A stretch of 64,000 nt of DNA from Desulfurococcaceae archaeon (lineage in GTDB: Archaea > Thermoproteota > Thermoprotei_A > Sulfolobales > Desulfurococcaceae): positions 1 through 64,000 of the forward strand of contig JAWBBW010000003.1 of assembly GCA_038824035.1 (NCBI GenBank). The letters are read 5' to 3'. The position numbers were made by a program, and so were the translations under genes. Shown one piece after another: positions 28,739-38,796 of this stretch (position 1 is its first letter; each line of letters begins with the position of its first letter). A model generated the notes under the pieces. The model was not told the origin of the DNA, searched no databases, and saw only the letters and a program-made list of their open reading frames with translations.

Positions 28739-31363
28739 TTGTGGTGGCTTAACTACATGTCAGGAACAAATTGTCAAATAATAGAGACGGATCTGGATAG
28801 GGATTTAAGGTTTTCACCCGAGATAGTAGAGATATGTGGTGATACTGTAAGAGTCTTTAGGAATGGGGTTGAGATATCCCATTACAACGATGTGAGGAAT
28901 TTCTCGATAGAGTGCAATGTAAGTGTATGTAGATTAATAGCACATCTAAGTAACGGGGATCGCGTGAACGTGGTTTTTTTCACAAAGAGAAAAGAAGATG
29001 ATTTTAGAAAGTTCATTTACCGCCATTACAACGTTAATCCGCCAGTGCCGATCACTAGAAGAACGTTCCAAATGAGTGCTACGCTTAGATGGTTGTTTGG
29101 CCTTGCTCTTCAGTATAGAAAGCTCCTTGTAATCGGTATTGTTTTGAGCATAACGTTATCCTTGATATCAGTCATACCTCCATATCTAATGAAACTGGCC
29201 ATTGACAGGGTCCTCGTTAATCCTATTCCCTCGTTGGAAGTATTCCTAAGGATACTATCACTCATGGCTATGACATATATGGCAATAACATTGATAGGTA
29301 TACTGAGAGGTGTGTTGATCGGTAGACTTGGCAATAAAATATCGGCAGATCTATCGATCAAGCTATATGAACAGGTGATAGCACACCTCGAGCCGATATA
29401 CCTCGATAACATAGGCATAGGCAAAATCACTTCGAGAATAGTTGATGATGCAAATTCACTGAACTGGCTATTGGCGTGGCTCGCGCCCTCACTGGCTAGC
29501 GAGGTATTGAACATAGCGTTTACAATAGTAGCAATAATATTTGTCGGATCACATCTAAGTGTATACATATTTATCCCAATACCATTGATAGCGTTATTTG
29601 CTATTTATTATAGGAAAAAGATCTGGCCATTATTTAATGCTAGGTGGAGAAGGGGATCTGAAATATATTCGAGAATATATGATACAATACCAAACTACGT
29701 TGTCGTGAGGTCATTTGGCAAGGAGATATCTGAGATCCTGTCATTCAGCAATTACAGGCTTAGGCTATATTTGACAGAGGTATCGATAATCACCCTTAAT
29801 AGCCTTGTATGGCCTTTCCTAACATTCATGTTAAACCTTGCAACACTCGCCATATGGTGGATCGGCGGGTTAGGGGTTATAAATAGGGTTGTAGAACTGG
29901 GCACGGTTTCTGCATTAGTCACGTATACATCTCAGCTATACATGTCGGTAACAAGGCTGGGCGAGATGTATCAACAGGTCCAGAGATCCATGGTTTCAGC
30001 GGAGAGGATCAGGGAGTTATTGCTGATCATGCCGAAAAGACAACACGTGAAACCAGCCAAAAGCAGTGAAACAACTTGTACGGAGATCTCGGAAATAGTG
30101 TTCGACGATGTGCATTTCTCATACGATATTGGGCAAGATATTCTGAGAGGCGTCACTCTAAGTATTAAGAAAGGGGATAAAGTCGCTATTATAGGTAAAA
30201 GCGGTGTAGGTAAATCGACGATCATAAAATTGATGATGGGTTTCTATAGGCCATCACAGGGTAAAATAACGTTCAATGGGATTGAAGATCTCGATCATTA
30301 TTGCCTAGTCAGAAACATAGGTTACGTTCCACAGGAAATAACATTGTTCAACACTACTATAGGGCTTAACGTAGGTTATGGATTGGACCGATATGATCCA
30401 TTCGAAATAATAAAGGCATGTAAAATATCAATGATACATGACGAGATCATAAAACTACCATTAGCTTATGACACGGTGATAGGGGAAAGAGGGTTCAAAT
30501 TATCGGTTGGCCAAAGGCAGAGAATAGCGATTGCAAGAGCCGTTGTCAAAAACCCCAATATCTACATATTCGATGAGGCCACTTCTAATCTAGATGTGAT
30601 AAATGAGAAAGTAGTGTTCACAGCCATATTGAACATTGCGCGTGATAAGACAGCTATATTCGTAACGCATAATGTTTTCGAAATACTCTTGGCTGATAGG
30701 GTAATCGTCATCGATAATGGTAGAGTTGTGGAGGAGGGAGAGCCGCTTAAATTGATCATGGATAGGAACAGCAGGTTATACAACATGTTCAGGGAGCAAA
30801 TTGTTGGCAGAAATGTAGCCGAGATAGCCGACATAATAAACTCCATAAAGGAGGAGGTATATAGCAAGGAGCGTGTCGACGTCAGTGCTGTGTTCGTGAA
30901 CAATGATGTCAGGATCGTTGATTATGATGTTGAAAGAGGTGTTCTATCAATAGAGTACAATGGCTTTGTGGTAAATAACCTTAAACCACGTCGATTATTC
31001 CCTATAACAGCGCCCAATGTAATAGGGCTTTATACTGAAGATGGTAAAGAGGTCTTGATAATTGATCTAGATAAATTAAACCACAATGTCAGAAGAATTG
31101 TTGAAAACATTTCAGATAGATATAGCAAGGTGTTCGAGATAACAAAGATCAATAAAACGTCGATCAAAGGGGAAGCTGTTATATGGCATGTTGAGACTGA
31201 TTGCGGCAATACAATAGTTGAAATAGTGTATAGAGGGGGGATGTCTCAGATATATGAGATCGGAGATAAGATAGTGATTGTTGATAAGTATTCAAACGTG
31301 TTCAAAATAGATACTAAGAGACTTGACCAGAAGAGCTTGAAAATAGTCTATCGTGCACTATAG
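28739..31363 (+). CDS. Type IV ABC transporter (TMD+NBD) with extra N-terminal beta domain and fused C-terminal DUF1854-like domain
   Basis: Hydrophobic TMD, GKSGVGKST, LSVGQRQR, IFDEATSNLD; tail PRRLFP...EDGKEV...WHVETDCG...LDQKS. Confidence 0.82.
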   Translation: MWWLNYMSGTNCQIIETDLDRDLRFSPEIVEICGDTVRVFRNGVEISHYNDVRNFSIECNVSVCRLIAHLSNGDRVNVVFFTKRKEDDFRKFIYRHYNVNPPVPITRRTFQMSATLRWLFGLALQYRKLLVIGIVLSITLSLISVIPPYLMKLAIDRVLVNPIPSLEVFLRILSLMAMTYMAITLIGILRGVLIGRLGNKISADLSIKLYEQVIAHLEPIYLDNIGIGKITSRIVDDANSLNWLLAWLAPSLASEVLNIAFTIVAIIFVGSHLSVYIFIPIPLIALFAIYYRKKIWPLFNARWRRGSEIYSRIYDTIPNYVVVRSFGKEISEILSFSNYRLRLYLTEVSIITLNSLVWPFLTFMLNLATLAIWWIGGLGVINRVVELGTVSALVTYTSQLYMSVTRLGEMYQQVQRSMVSAERIRELLLIMPKRQHVKPAKSSETTCTEISEIVFDDVHFSYDIGQDILRGVTLSIKKGDKVAIIGKSGVGKSTIIKLMMGFYRPSQGKITFNGIEDLDHYCLVRNIGYVPQEITLFNTTIGLNVGYGLDRYDPFEIIKACKISMIHDEIIKLPLAYDTVIGERGFKLSVGQRQRIAIARAVVKNPNIYIFDEATSNLDVINEKVVFTAILNIARDKTAIFVTHNVFEILLADRVIVIDNGRVVEEGEPLKLIMDRNSRLYNMFREQIVGRNVAEIADIINSIKEEVYSKERVDVSAVFVNNDVRIVDYDVERGVLSIEYNGFVVNNLKPRRLFPITAPNVIGLYTEDGKEVLIIDLDKLNHNVRRIVENISDRYSKVFEITKINKTSIKGEAVIWHVETDCGNTIVEIVYRGGMSQIYEIGDKIVIVDKYSNVFKIDTKRLDQKSLKIVYRAL

Positions 31364-31453
31364 GAAAGCGAGTTTTTTACACAATCCCAACAATCCTACA
31401 CCTTAGTTTACAATATCGATATACGGTGTGTTTGTTTGTATTCATAAACACTA

Positions 31454-33027
31454 GATCCATATATATGGTTGGAGAACCTTGATGATCCAAACGTGATAAA
31501 TGGATATCTAATAGGAGTGTTAAGACCCATAGGAAATTGGGGAAATATTCTGAGATATTAATGGACAAGCTAAGGGCTTATTACAATATCCCAGTTGTCC
31601 GGAAAGTGGTCATTGGTAAATACAGGTTACTATGCATTGATGAGGGATTCGATATCGTTTAGAATAGTGAAAATACGTGAGAACGGGGATTTAGAGGACA
31701 TAATTTCCTCGAGCGATCTAGGGAGAGACACCGTTATAAAGAGTCTTCAGGCTGTTCACGAAAAGGATGTAATTGTTTTCTCAAATTCCATAGGGGGTCT
31801 GATGTAGTGTATACAATTTTGATGAACCCCGTTAATGGGGGATAATAGATAGGCTTTACGGGATTATTGGAAACATTGTGTGGACGGGAATAGCAAATAT
31901 TATTATGTAAGGGTATATTACGATCAGAGGACTCCGGATAACGTTGATCCACCCGCTACCAGGGTATTTATCCGCGAAAATGGTGAAGAGGAAATGGTAT
32001 TTGGTCAAGAATTGCTTGTCGATAATAGGATTGTTGTTCACTATCTCGTGGATGCGGCTTCTTATCTTCAGAATTTATGACCTAGATGGGGCAATATGTG
32101 GAGAGAGATTTTAGCCCAAAGGGCTTTATAAATTCCATGGACTCTGATGGAAAGAGATGTGTTTTCAAATACGAATCGTTCACTACTCCCTATAGGATAT
32201 ATGTGCTCCATGGGAAGGGTCTTCGATGTATTAAGTCGGTTGAGCTAAATGATAAATATATCGTGGAGGAATCATGGGTTAAATCCAGTGATGGCATGCC
32301 TACACATTTCTTTAGAGTTAGAAACAGAAATAAGGACATGGGGGTTGTCTTGGCATATGGGTATGGTGATTACAGAACGCCAATGGTCCCAATTTACACG
32401 CCCTTCATAATGCCATTGCTCGATGATGGAGGTGAATACGTGGTGGCCAATATAAGGGGTGATAGCGAGTATGGTGAAAAATGGTATAGAGAGGGCATGA
32501 GGGATAAGAAACAAAACGTGTTCAACGACTTCATAGCTATCTTGGAATACTTGGAGGAAAAAGAACAAACGAGTCTTTGTATATGGAGTTAGCAATGGAG
32601 GGCTATTAGTAGGTGCCGTATCGACTCAGAGACCAGACGTGATCGATGGAGCTATCATAGGATATCCAGTTTTAGACATGTTGAGATTCCACAAGCTATT
32701 TATTGGAAGGCTATGGATAACGGAGTTTGGTGATCCAGATAACCCCAGGGATAGGGAATATCTTTCAAGGTATTCTCCATATCACAATTTAAAGCCAGGC
32801 ATTAAATATCCCCCGTGATGTCGATAACGGGTCTTAGAGATGATAGAGTGCACCCCTCTCACGCATTCAAATTTGTGGCGAGGCTCGAGGAGATAGACTC
32901 GGAGTATTTACTAAAAGTTGAAACAGAAAGCGGCCACTCGGGAGCTCCCCCGGTTAGGAAAATGGCCGAATATGCAGATATATTGTCATTTATCTATATG
33001 AATACCAATATATGTAGTGCTAGGTAG
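31454..33027 (+). pseudogene. Prolyl oligopeptidase (S9A) pseudogene with multiple frameshifts and stops
   Basis: Fragments in different frames: DPYIWLENLDD, SFTTP, KSSDG, YGYG, ANIRG, YGVSNGGLL, DMLRFH, DDRVHP, GHSG. Confidence 0.88.
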
Positions 33028-33042
33028 ATAGCGGTGTGATAT

Positions 33043-34143
33043 ATGCATGAAATGGAACTCCACAGGCTCAACATGAGTAAATTCATGAAGAAGATTGAGG
33101 AGAAAGGGTTTGACATAGCATTTATTGCTCCTGGTTCAGATTTCTACTACTTAACCGGGATAAGGCCTGGCTACACGCTTGAAAGGCCTTTTATATTGAT
33201 TATAACTCCTCGGGATTACAATCTCGTGGTTCCGGCTTTGTATAAATATGAAATAGAGAACTCGTGGTTGAAAGAACGTGTGTTAATATGGAGAGATGGC
33301 GAAGATCCATTCGTATTCATGAAGAATATTATAAAGGATATGGAGGTTAAAAGAGCCCTGATAGATGATTATATGCCTGCTGGTATATTGATCAAGTTGA
33401 TCAAGTTGATGCCAGGCGTCGTGATAGAGCCTTTGAGCACGGTAATGTCCGATCTCAGGGCAATTAAATCAGAGCTGGAACTACAATACATTGTAGAGGC
33501 GTGTAGAATAGTTGACCATGTTTTCCAAGAGCTACTAGAAATCGATCCACGCGGTAAGAGAGAGAAAGACATAGCCAAGTACATAGAGAAGCTTATAGAG
33601 GAAAAAGGAGGAGAGCCTTGTTTCAGCCCACTCGTAGCGTATGGGGCTAATGCGGCAAATCCGCATCACGTCTCGGGGAATGAGTTGATAAGGGATAACA
33701 ATGTCTTGATCCTGGATTATGGTGCTAGGTATAATGGCTATTGCTCAGACATCACGAGAACAGTGTTCATAGGTGATGTAAGTAATGAGATTAAAGAAGT
33801 ATATAAAATCGTCTTAGATGCCCATGACCTAGGTGTTGAATATGTTAGGGAAGGAGTTTATGCCGAGGACATAGATAGTGTTGTGAGAAATTATATCACG
33901 AAGCATGGCTATGGAGATAATTTCATCCACAGAACAGGGCATGGCCTAGGGCTAGATGTACACGAAGACCCGTATATAGCGCCTGGCAATAAAACTGTGC
34001 TTAGGAATGGAATGGTCTTTACAATAGAACCTGGCATATATATCAATGGCAAGTTTGGCGTGAGAATTGAAGATGATGTGGCCATAATTGGCAATAAAGG
34101 TGTCTTATTAACAAGGAGCAGTAGAGAGATGATCACATTATAA
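33043..34143 (+). CDS. pepQ: Xaa-Pro peptidase (M24B prolidase/aminopeptidase P)
   Basis: PHH, DYG...SDITRT, HRTGHGLGLDVHE, TIEPG, GVRIEDD. Confidence 0.88.
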   Translation: MHEMELHRLNMSKFMKKIEEKGFDIAFIAPGSDFYYLTGIRPGYTLERPFILIITPRDYNLVVPALYKYEIENSWLKERVLIWRDGEDPFVFMKNIIKDMEVKRALIDDYMPAGILIKLIKLMPGVVIEPLSTVMSDLRAIKSELELQYIVEACRIVDHVFQELLEIDPRGKREKDIAKYIEKLIEEKGGEPCFSPLVAYGANAANPHHVSGNELIRDNNVLILDYGARYNGYCSDITRTVFIGDVSNEIKEVYKIVLDAHDLGVEYVREGVYAEDIDSVVRNYITKHGYGDNFIHRTGHGLGLDVHEDPYIAPGNKTVLRNGMVFTIEPGIYINGKFGVRIEDDVAIIGNKGVLLTRSSREMITL

Positions 34144-34163
34144 TTTTTCCGAATAGTCTAAGC

Positions 34164-34171
34164 TATATAAA
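34164..34171 (+). promoter_or_regulatory. TATA box for probably leaderless hypD transcript
   Basis: TATATAAA starting 29 nt before the ATG at 34193, just after a T-rich tract that ends the previous gene. Confidence 0.5.
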
Positions 34172-34192
34172 CATTGTTATTGTTATATCTAC

Positions 34193-36670
34193 ATGGCGGT
34201 ATCCATGGATGGGGATATCACATCAGTGGTGATCGCCAGGGAAAAGGACATTAAGAAGGAACTGGAAAGCCGTAGAGGCGGGCCGAGGCCAAGTAGTCAA
34301 AGAGTACTGAAACTCCTAGAAGAATCTCAGAGAGCTGTTGTCAAGATCTCAGTTGAGCGTGCAAAGCTCATAACTGATTTTTATAGAAACTGTGAAAACG
34401 ATCCCAAGTGCCGTGGTTTACCAATAGTCGTAAAGAGGGCATTGGCATTCAGGTATTTAATGGAAAATGTCTCATTGCCTATAGAAGATGGTCAATTAAT
34501 AGTTGGTATCAGAGGTACTGGTCCAAAAGAAGTCCCAACTTACCCGGAAATATGTTGCCATTCCATAAGGGATCTTGAGGTTTTGAATACTAGGGAGAAA
34601 ATGCCATATAGAGTAGATCAAGATGTTTTCAAGTTATATCAAGAGGAGATCATACCGTATTGGCAAGGCAAGACGATCAGAGACATGATATTCTCCACTA
34701 TGCCCAAGGAATGGATCGAGTCTTACCAAGCTGGCATATGGACAGAGTTCATGGAGCAAAGAGCCCCGGGGCACACAGCTGGCGGTGAGAGGATCTTTAG
34801 GAAAGGGGTATTGGATATACTAGAGGAGATCAGAGAGGTTAAAAAATCGTTGAGCCCAAACGACCCTGAGTATTATGAGAAGATGGCAGAACTAGAGGCA
34901 ATGGAGATCGTGGGAGAGGCTATAATAATATATTCAAAGAGATATGCCAGTAAGTTAAGGGAATTAGCAGAGAAAGAGACCGATCCAAGGAGAAAATGGG
35001 AACTGATTCAAATGTCAGAGATCTGTGAACGAGTGCCAGCTCATGCTCCTAGAACATTTTGGGAAGCGCTTCAACATTACTGGTTTATCCATGTCGGCAT
35101 AACATATGAAGCAAATGGATGGGACTCTTTCACCCCTGGTAGGATAGATCTATGGCTTTACCCATTTTACAAGAAAGACATCGAAGAAGGGAGGATCACA
35201 AGGGAGTTCGCTAAGGAATTGCTTGAATGTTTCTGGATTAAATTTAATAATCAGCCAGCTCCGCCAAAAGTTGGTGTAACAGCAGAGGAGAGTTACACGT
35301 ATAATGATTTCTCGAAGATAAACATAGGAGGGGTAGATGAGAACGGTAAAGATGCCGTGAACGAATTAACGTACATGGTGTTAGAGGTATTAGAGGAGAT
35401 GAGAACACAGCAACCAAACACAGCTGTGCTTGTCAGTGCCAAGAACCCGGATGAGCTGTTGATAAGGGCATTGAGGGTTGTCTCAAGGGGTTTTGGTGAA
35501 CCCCCGTTTTTCAATCACGATGGCATAGTGATCAAGATGCTTAGACAGGGTAAATGCCTCCGTGATGCCAGATTATCCGGGGCTAGTGGATGTGTTGAAT
35601 CAGGTGCTTTTGGTAAAGAGGCATATATATTGACAGGTTATTTCAACTTACCCAAGATATTAGAGATAACACTCAACAATGGCGTGGACCCTAGGACCGG
35701 TAAGAAAATAGGATTAGAAACAGGTGATCCAAGGAACTTCAGGGATTTCGAAGAGCTGTGGGGGGCGTTTATGAAGCAGGTCAAATATTTCCTCGATATA
35801 AAAATGCGTGGTAATGATTTAATAGAGATGATATATGCTAAGTATTTACCAGTGCCATTTCTCTCGCTCTGGATAGATGATTGCGTGAAAAAGGCCAGAG
35901 ATTACAACGCTGGCGGCGCCAGGTATAATACTCAGTATATACAAATGGTGGGGTTAGGTACATTAGTGGACTCGCTCGTTGCTATAAAGTACCATATCTT
36001 CGAGAACAAAACATTCACGATGGATCAATTATTGGAGGCGCTGAGAAAAGATTTCAATGGATATGAGTGGATGAGGCAGATATTGTTGAACAAGACACCT
36101 AAATGGGGTAATGACGACGACTATGTGGACCAACTGGCTGTAAGATTAAACGAGGAGTTAGTGAGCATTGTGGAGTCATATCCATTAACCCCTATTAGAA
36201 AGGCCATTAGGCAGATATATTGGTTACCCACAACGGTACATGTGTATTTCGGCTCAGTCACAGGCGCCACCCCTGATGGTAGAAAGGCTGGAATGCCTCT
36301 CTCGGAGGGAATATCTCCTGTGCAGGGAATGGATAAGAAAGGATTGATAGCAGTGTTTAGATCAGTGGCCAAGGTCGATTGGGACAAGACAGGTGGTGCA
36401 TTGTTAAATGCAAAGCTGACCCCTGATTTCTTCAATAACGAGGATAACCTCAGGAAACTAGCGTACGCTATTAGAACGTTCTTTAAACTGGGTGGGCACC
36501 ATGTCCAGTTCAATGTGGTTAGTGCTGAGTTGCTTAGAGAGGCTCAAAGAAGGCCACAGGATTTCGAGGACTTGATGGTCAGAGTTGCTGGTTACAGCGA
36601 TTATTTCGTTAAATTGCCTAGGGGGTTACAAGACGAGATAATAGCTAGGACAGAGCACATGGAGTTATAG
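34193..36670 (+). CDS. hypD: Glycyl radical enzyme, trans-4-hydroxy-L-proline dehydratase
   Basis: TYPEICCH, TEFMEQRAPGH, WDSFTPGR, KFNNQPAPPKVG..ES.TY.DF, SGCVE, LTGY, LPTT.H, RVAGYS match characterised HypD as I recall it. Confidence 0.88.
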   Translation: MAVSMDGDITSVVIAREKDIKKELESRRGGPRPSSQRVLKLLEESQRAVVKISVERAKLITDFYRNCENDPKCRGLPIVVKRALAFRYLMENVSLPIEDGQLIVGIRGTGPKEVPTYPEICCHSIRDLEVLNTREKMPYRVDQDVFKLYQEEIIPYWQGKTIRDMIFSTMPKEWIESYQAGIWTEFMEQRAPGHTAGGERIFRKGVLDILEEIREVKKSLSPNDPEYYEKMAELEAMEIVGEAIIIYSKRYASKLRELAEKETDPRRKWELIQMSEICERVPAHAPRTFWEALQHYWFIHVGITYEANGWDSFTPGRIDLWLYPFYKKDIEEGRITREFAKELLECFWIKFNNQPAPPKVGVTAEESYTYNDFSKINIGGVDENGKDAVNELTYMVLEVLEEMRTQQPNTAVLVSAKNPDELLIRALRVVSRGFGEPPFFNHDGIVIKMLRQGKCLRDARLSGASGCVESGAFGKEAYILTGYFNLPKILEITLNNGVDPRTGKKIGLETGDPRNFRDFEELWGAFMKQVKYFLDIKMRGNDLIEMIYAKYLPVPFLSLWIDDCVKKARDYNAGGARYNTQYIQMVGLGTLVDSLVAIKYHIFENKTFTMDQLLEALRKDFNGYEWMRQILLNKTPKWGNDDDYVDQLAVRLNEELVSIVESYPLTPIRKAIRQIYWLPTTVHVYFGSVTGATPDGRKAGMPLSEGISPVQGMDKKGLIAVFRSVAKVDWDKTGGALLNAKLTPDFFNNEDNLRKLAYAIRTFFKLGGHHVQFNVVSAELLREAQRRPQDFEDLMVRVAGYSDYFVKLPRGLQDEIIARTEHMEL

Positions 36671-36695
36671 CTTTTCAATTGCAAAGTGATTTCAA

Positions 36696-37610
36696 ATGAA
36701 ACGAGGAATTATTTTCGACATACAGAGATTTGCGATCTATGATGGGCCCGGTATAAGGACACTTATATTTTTAAAGGGATGTCCACTCAGATGTTGGTGG
36801 TGTCAAAACCCAGAAGGACTAGATCCTAAGCCAATAGTGGTCCACTACGATTATAAGTGCATGAGATGTCAGACATGTGTAAGAGTGTGCCCTGAGAAAG
36901 CAGTGATATATGATGAGTCCAAAAACTGCATTATCATAGATAGAGACCTCTGTAAAGCATGTGGGATATGCGTTAAAGCATGCCCCACAACAGCTATGAG
37001 GTTGATCGGCAGATCTGTAAGCACGGATGAGGTCTTAAGTGAAATAGAAAGAGATATTCCATTCTATGACTCGAGTGGTGGTGGGGTAACTTTCTCGGGA
37101 GGTGAACCATTATTTCAACCAGAATTCTTGTTGGAATTGCTTCGGGGATGTAAGGCGAGAGGTATCCATGTAGCTATAGAAACCTCTGGTTTCACATCGC
37201 TTAATATATTTAGAGAAATAATAAAGTATACTGACTTATTGCTATATGATATCAAGTTAGTCGATGAACAAGATCATTTGAAGTACACGGGAGTCTCGAA
37301 CAAGCAAATACTCTTAAACCTACATCACGCGGATAATGTGGGGAAAGAGATAATAATAAGATTCCCAGTGATACCATCTATCACGGATACCGAGAGAAAC
37401 TTAGAAGGGCTTTTAAACGTGTTATCTAATTTAAAGAATGTGAAAAGAGTTGATCTCCTTCCTTACCACGATGTAAAGGAGAAATATGAGAGACTTGGTA
37501 TGGAGTATAAGATGAAGCCTGGATTAAAGGTCTCAGATGAAAGGCTGTTTTTCATTAAGCAGTTAATTGAGGGGCTGGGATATAAAGTCACCATTGGGGG
37601 TTATGGCTAA
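36696..37610 (+). CDS. Glycyl-radical enzyme activase (radical SAM with 2x[4Fe-4S] insertion)
   Basis: DGPGIRT..FLKGCPLRCWWCQNPE, two ferredoxin motifs, GGVTFSGGEP, LPYH. Confidence 0.95.
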   Translation: MKRGIIFDIQRFAIYDGPGIRTLIFLKGCPLRCWWCQNPEGLDPKPIVVHYDYKCMRCQTCVRVCPEKAVIYDESKNCIIIDRDLCKACGICVKACPTTAMRLIGRSVSTDEVLSEIERDIPFYDSSGGGVTFSGGEPLFQPEFLLELLRGCKARGIHVAIETSGFTSLNIFREIIKYTDLLLYDIKLVDEQDHLKYTGVSNKQILLNLHHADNVGKEIIIRFPVIPSITDTERNLEGLLNVLSNLKNVKRVDLLPYHDVKEKYERLGMEYKMKPGLKVSDERLFFIKQLIEGLGYKVTIGGYG

Positions 37611-37624
37611 AACACACCGGGTTT

Positions 37625-38452
37625 TTAATAAGCCTCTTCGATCCACAGGTTCTCTATGATATCTACTACTTTGTTCAACCCAGAGTACACTGTGAAAGAG
37701 CTGGCCACTATTAGCGCATATGAACATATGTTGAGCAATCCCCCTATACTGGGCAGTTGACCCATCAACCCAAATATCCCAGCTAGTAATATTAGGCGAT
37801 AAGACTTCCTAAGGCGAACTCTCTGGGCTAGAATTGTCTTAAACTCCTTTAGCAAATAGTATAGGGATAGGAAAGCCATGAAATTTGGTATAGATGTGAG
37901 GAAATTGGTTAACATGAGGTAGTATTCGAAGCCCGTGTACTGGGATTCTATGATCATTTTGCCTCCAAAAGGTATCTTAACGACCAGTGTTCCATTGATT
38001 ATGGAATGTGCCAATACGGCGTAAAGTGGTTGAAATGCTATGAGTGTAATCGATGCTAGGAAGGCTAGTTTATTGGCTCTTCTAGAAATAGTGTTTATTT
38101 CAAAGAAAAAACCTGTTGGTTTGAAGATCAAATACCTTATAACCAGGGCGAGTATGAGACACTCAGATAGTGTGACAGCGAAGACAGGCCATTTTAAAAT
38201 AGCTATATCTATCTCCATGTATATGTCCCCTGATATCGCTGGAGGCAATTTATCCATGATATCCTCGGTTATAATCGATGAAACCACGGATCCAAGCATT
38301 ACGAAGAAGATGAGACTTAGGATGGCTCTGGCCGGGAGATACCACCTGGTTATTTTAATGTATTTAATGCTTTCTTCTAGGTGATCTATCAGGGATTTAA
38401 GGGATTCTAGATCACTACTCAAATTATGCACCATGCCACGGTGTGGCCGCAA
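37625..38452 (-). CDS. Hypothetical multi-pass membrane protein
   Basis: 275-aa ORF with about 6 hydrophobic segments. Confidence 0.65.
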   Translation of the reverse strand: MRPHRGMVHNLSSDLESLKSLIDHLEESIKYIKITRWYLPARAILSLIFFVMLGSVVSSIITEDIMDKLPPAISGDIYMEIDIAILKWPVFAVTLSECLILALVIRYLIFKPTGFFFEINTISRRANKLAFLASITLIAFQPLYAVLAHSIINGTLVVKIPFGGKMIIESQYTGFEYYLMLTNFLTSIPNFMAFLSLYYLLKEFKTILAQRVRLRKSYRLILLAGIFGLMGQLPSIGGLLNICSYALIVASSFTVYSGLNKVVDIIENLWIEEAY

Positions 38453-38553
38453 TAATTCGTTAATTTCCTTTCCTTATCTCCCTTATTAAACTAGGTAATT
38501 TGAAAAATTCAAAAACCATGTCTATGTAATCGGGCAAAAGACCCCTCGTTTGT

Positions 38554-38780
38554 TTAGACAATTAGCTTTGTTGTGGAGGGGTCAAATATATGTGCTTTAT
38601 TTAATTCCATGTCTATGCACACATCTTCGCCGATCCTTAGACCAGGTATCACTGACACTCCTTGGATAACTATGTTTTCGCTAAGCATTATTTTTGAATA
38701 TGCTATATTACCCAGGTATTCCTCTACATATACCTTGCCCTTAATACCGCATTTCACGGCCTCTGATAATCTATAAACCT
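38554..38780 (-). pseudogene. C-terminal (TOBE) remnant of a MalK-type sugar ABC ATPase
   Basis: IKGKVYVEEYLGN...LRIGEDV...KAHIFDP.T; no NBD; abuts the permease start on the other strand. Confidence 0.7.
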
Positions 38781-38796
38781 TGGTAGGGGGTTTGAA

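Noticed and set aside
34193-36670. Calling the glycyl radical enzyme pyruvate formate-lyase or choline lyase
   Set aside because: Single-Cys GCVE loop rather than the PFL Cys-Cys pair, and the surrounding motifs match HypD
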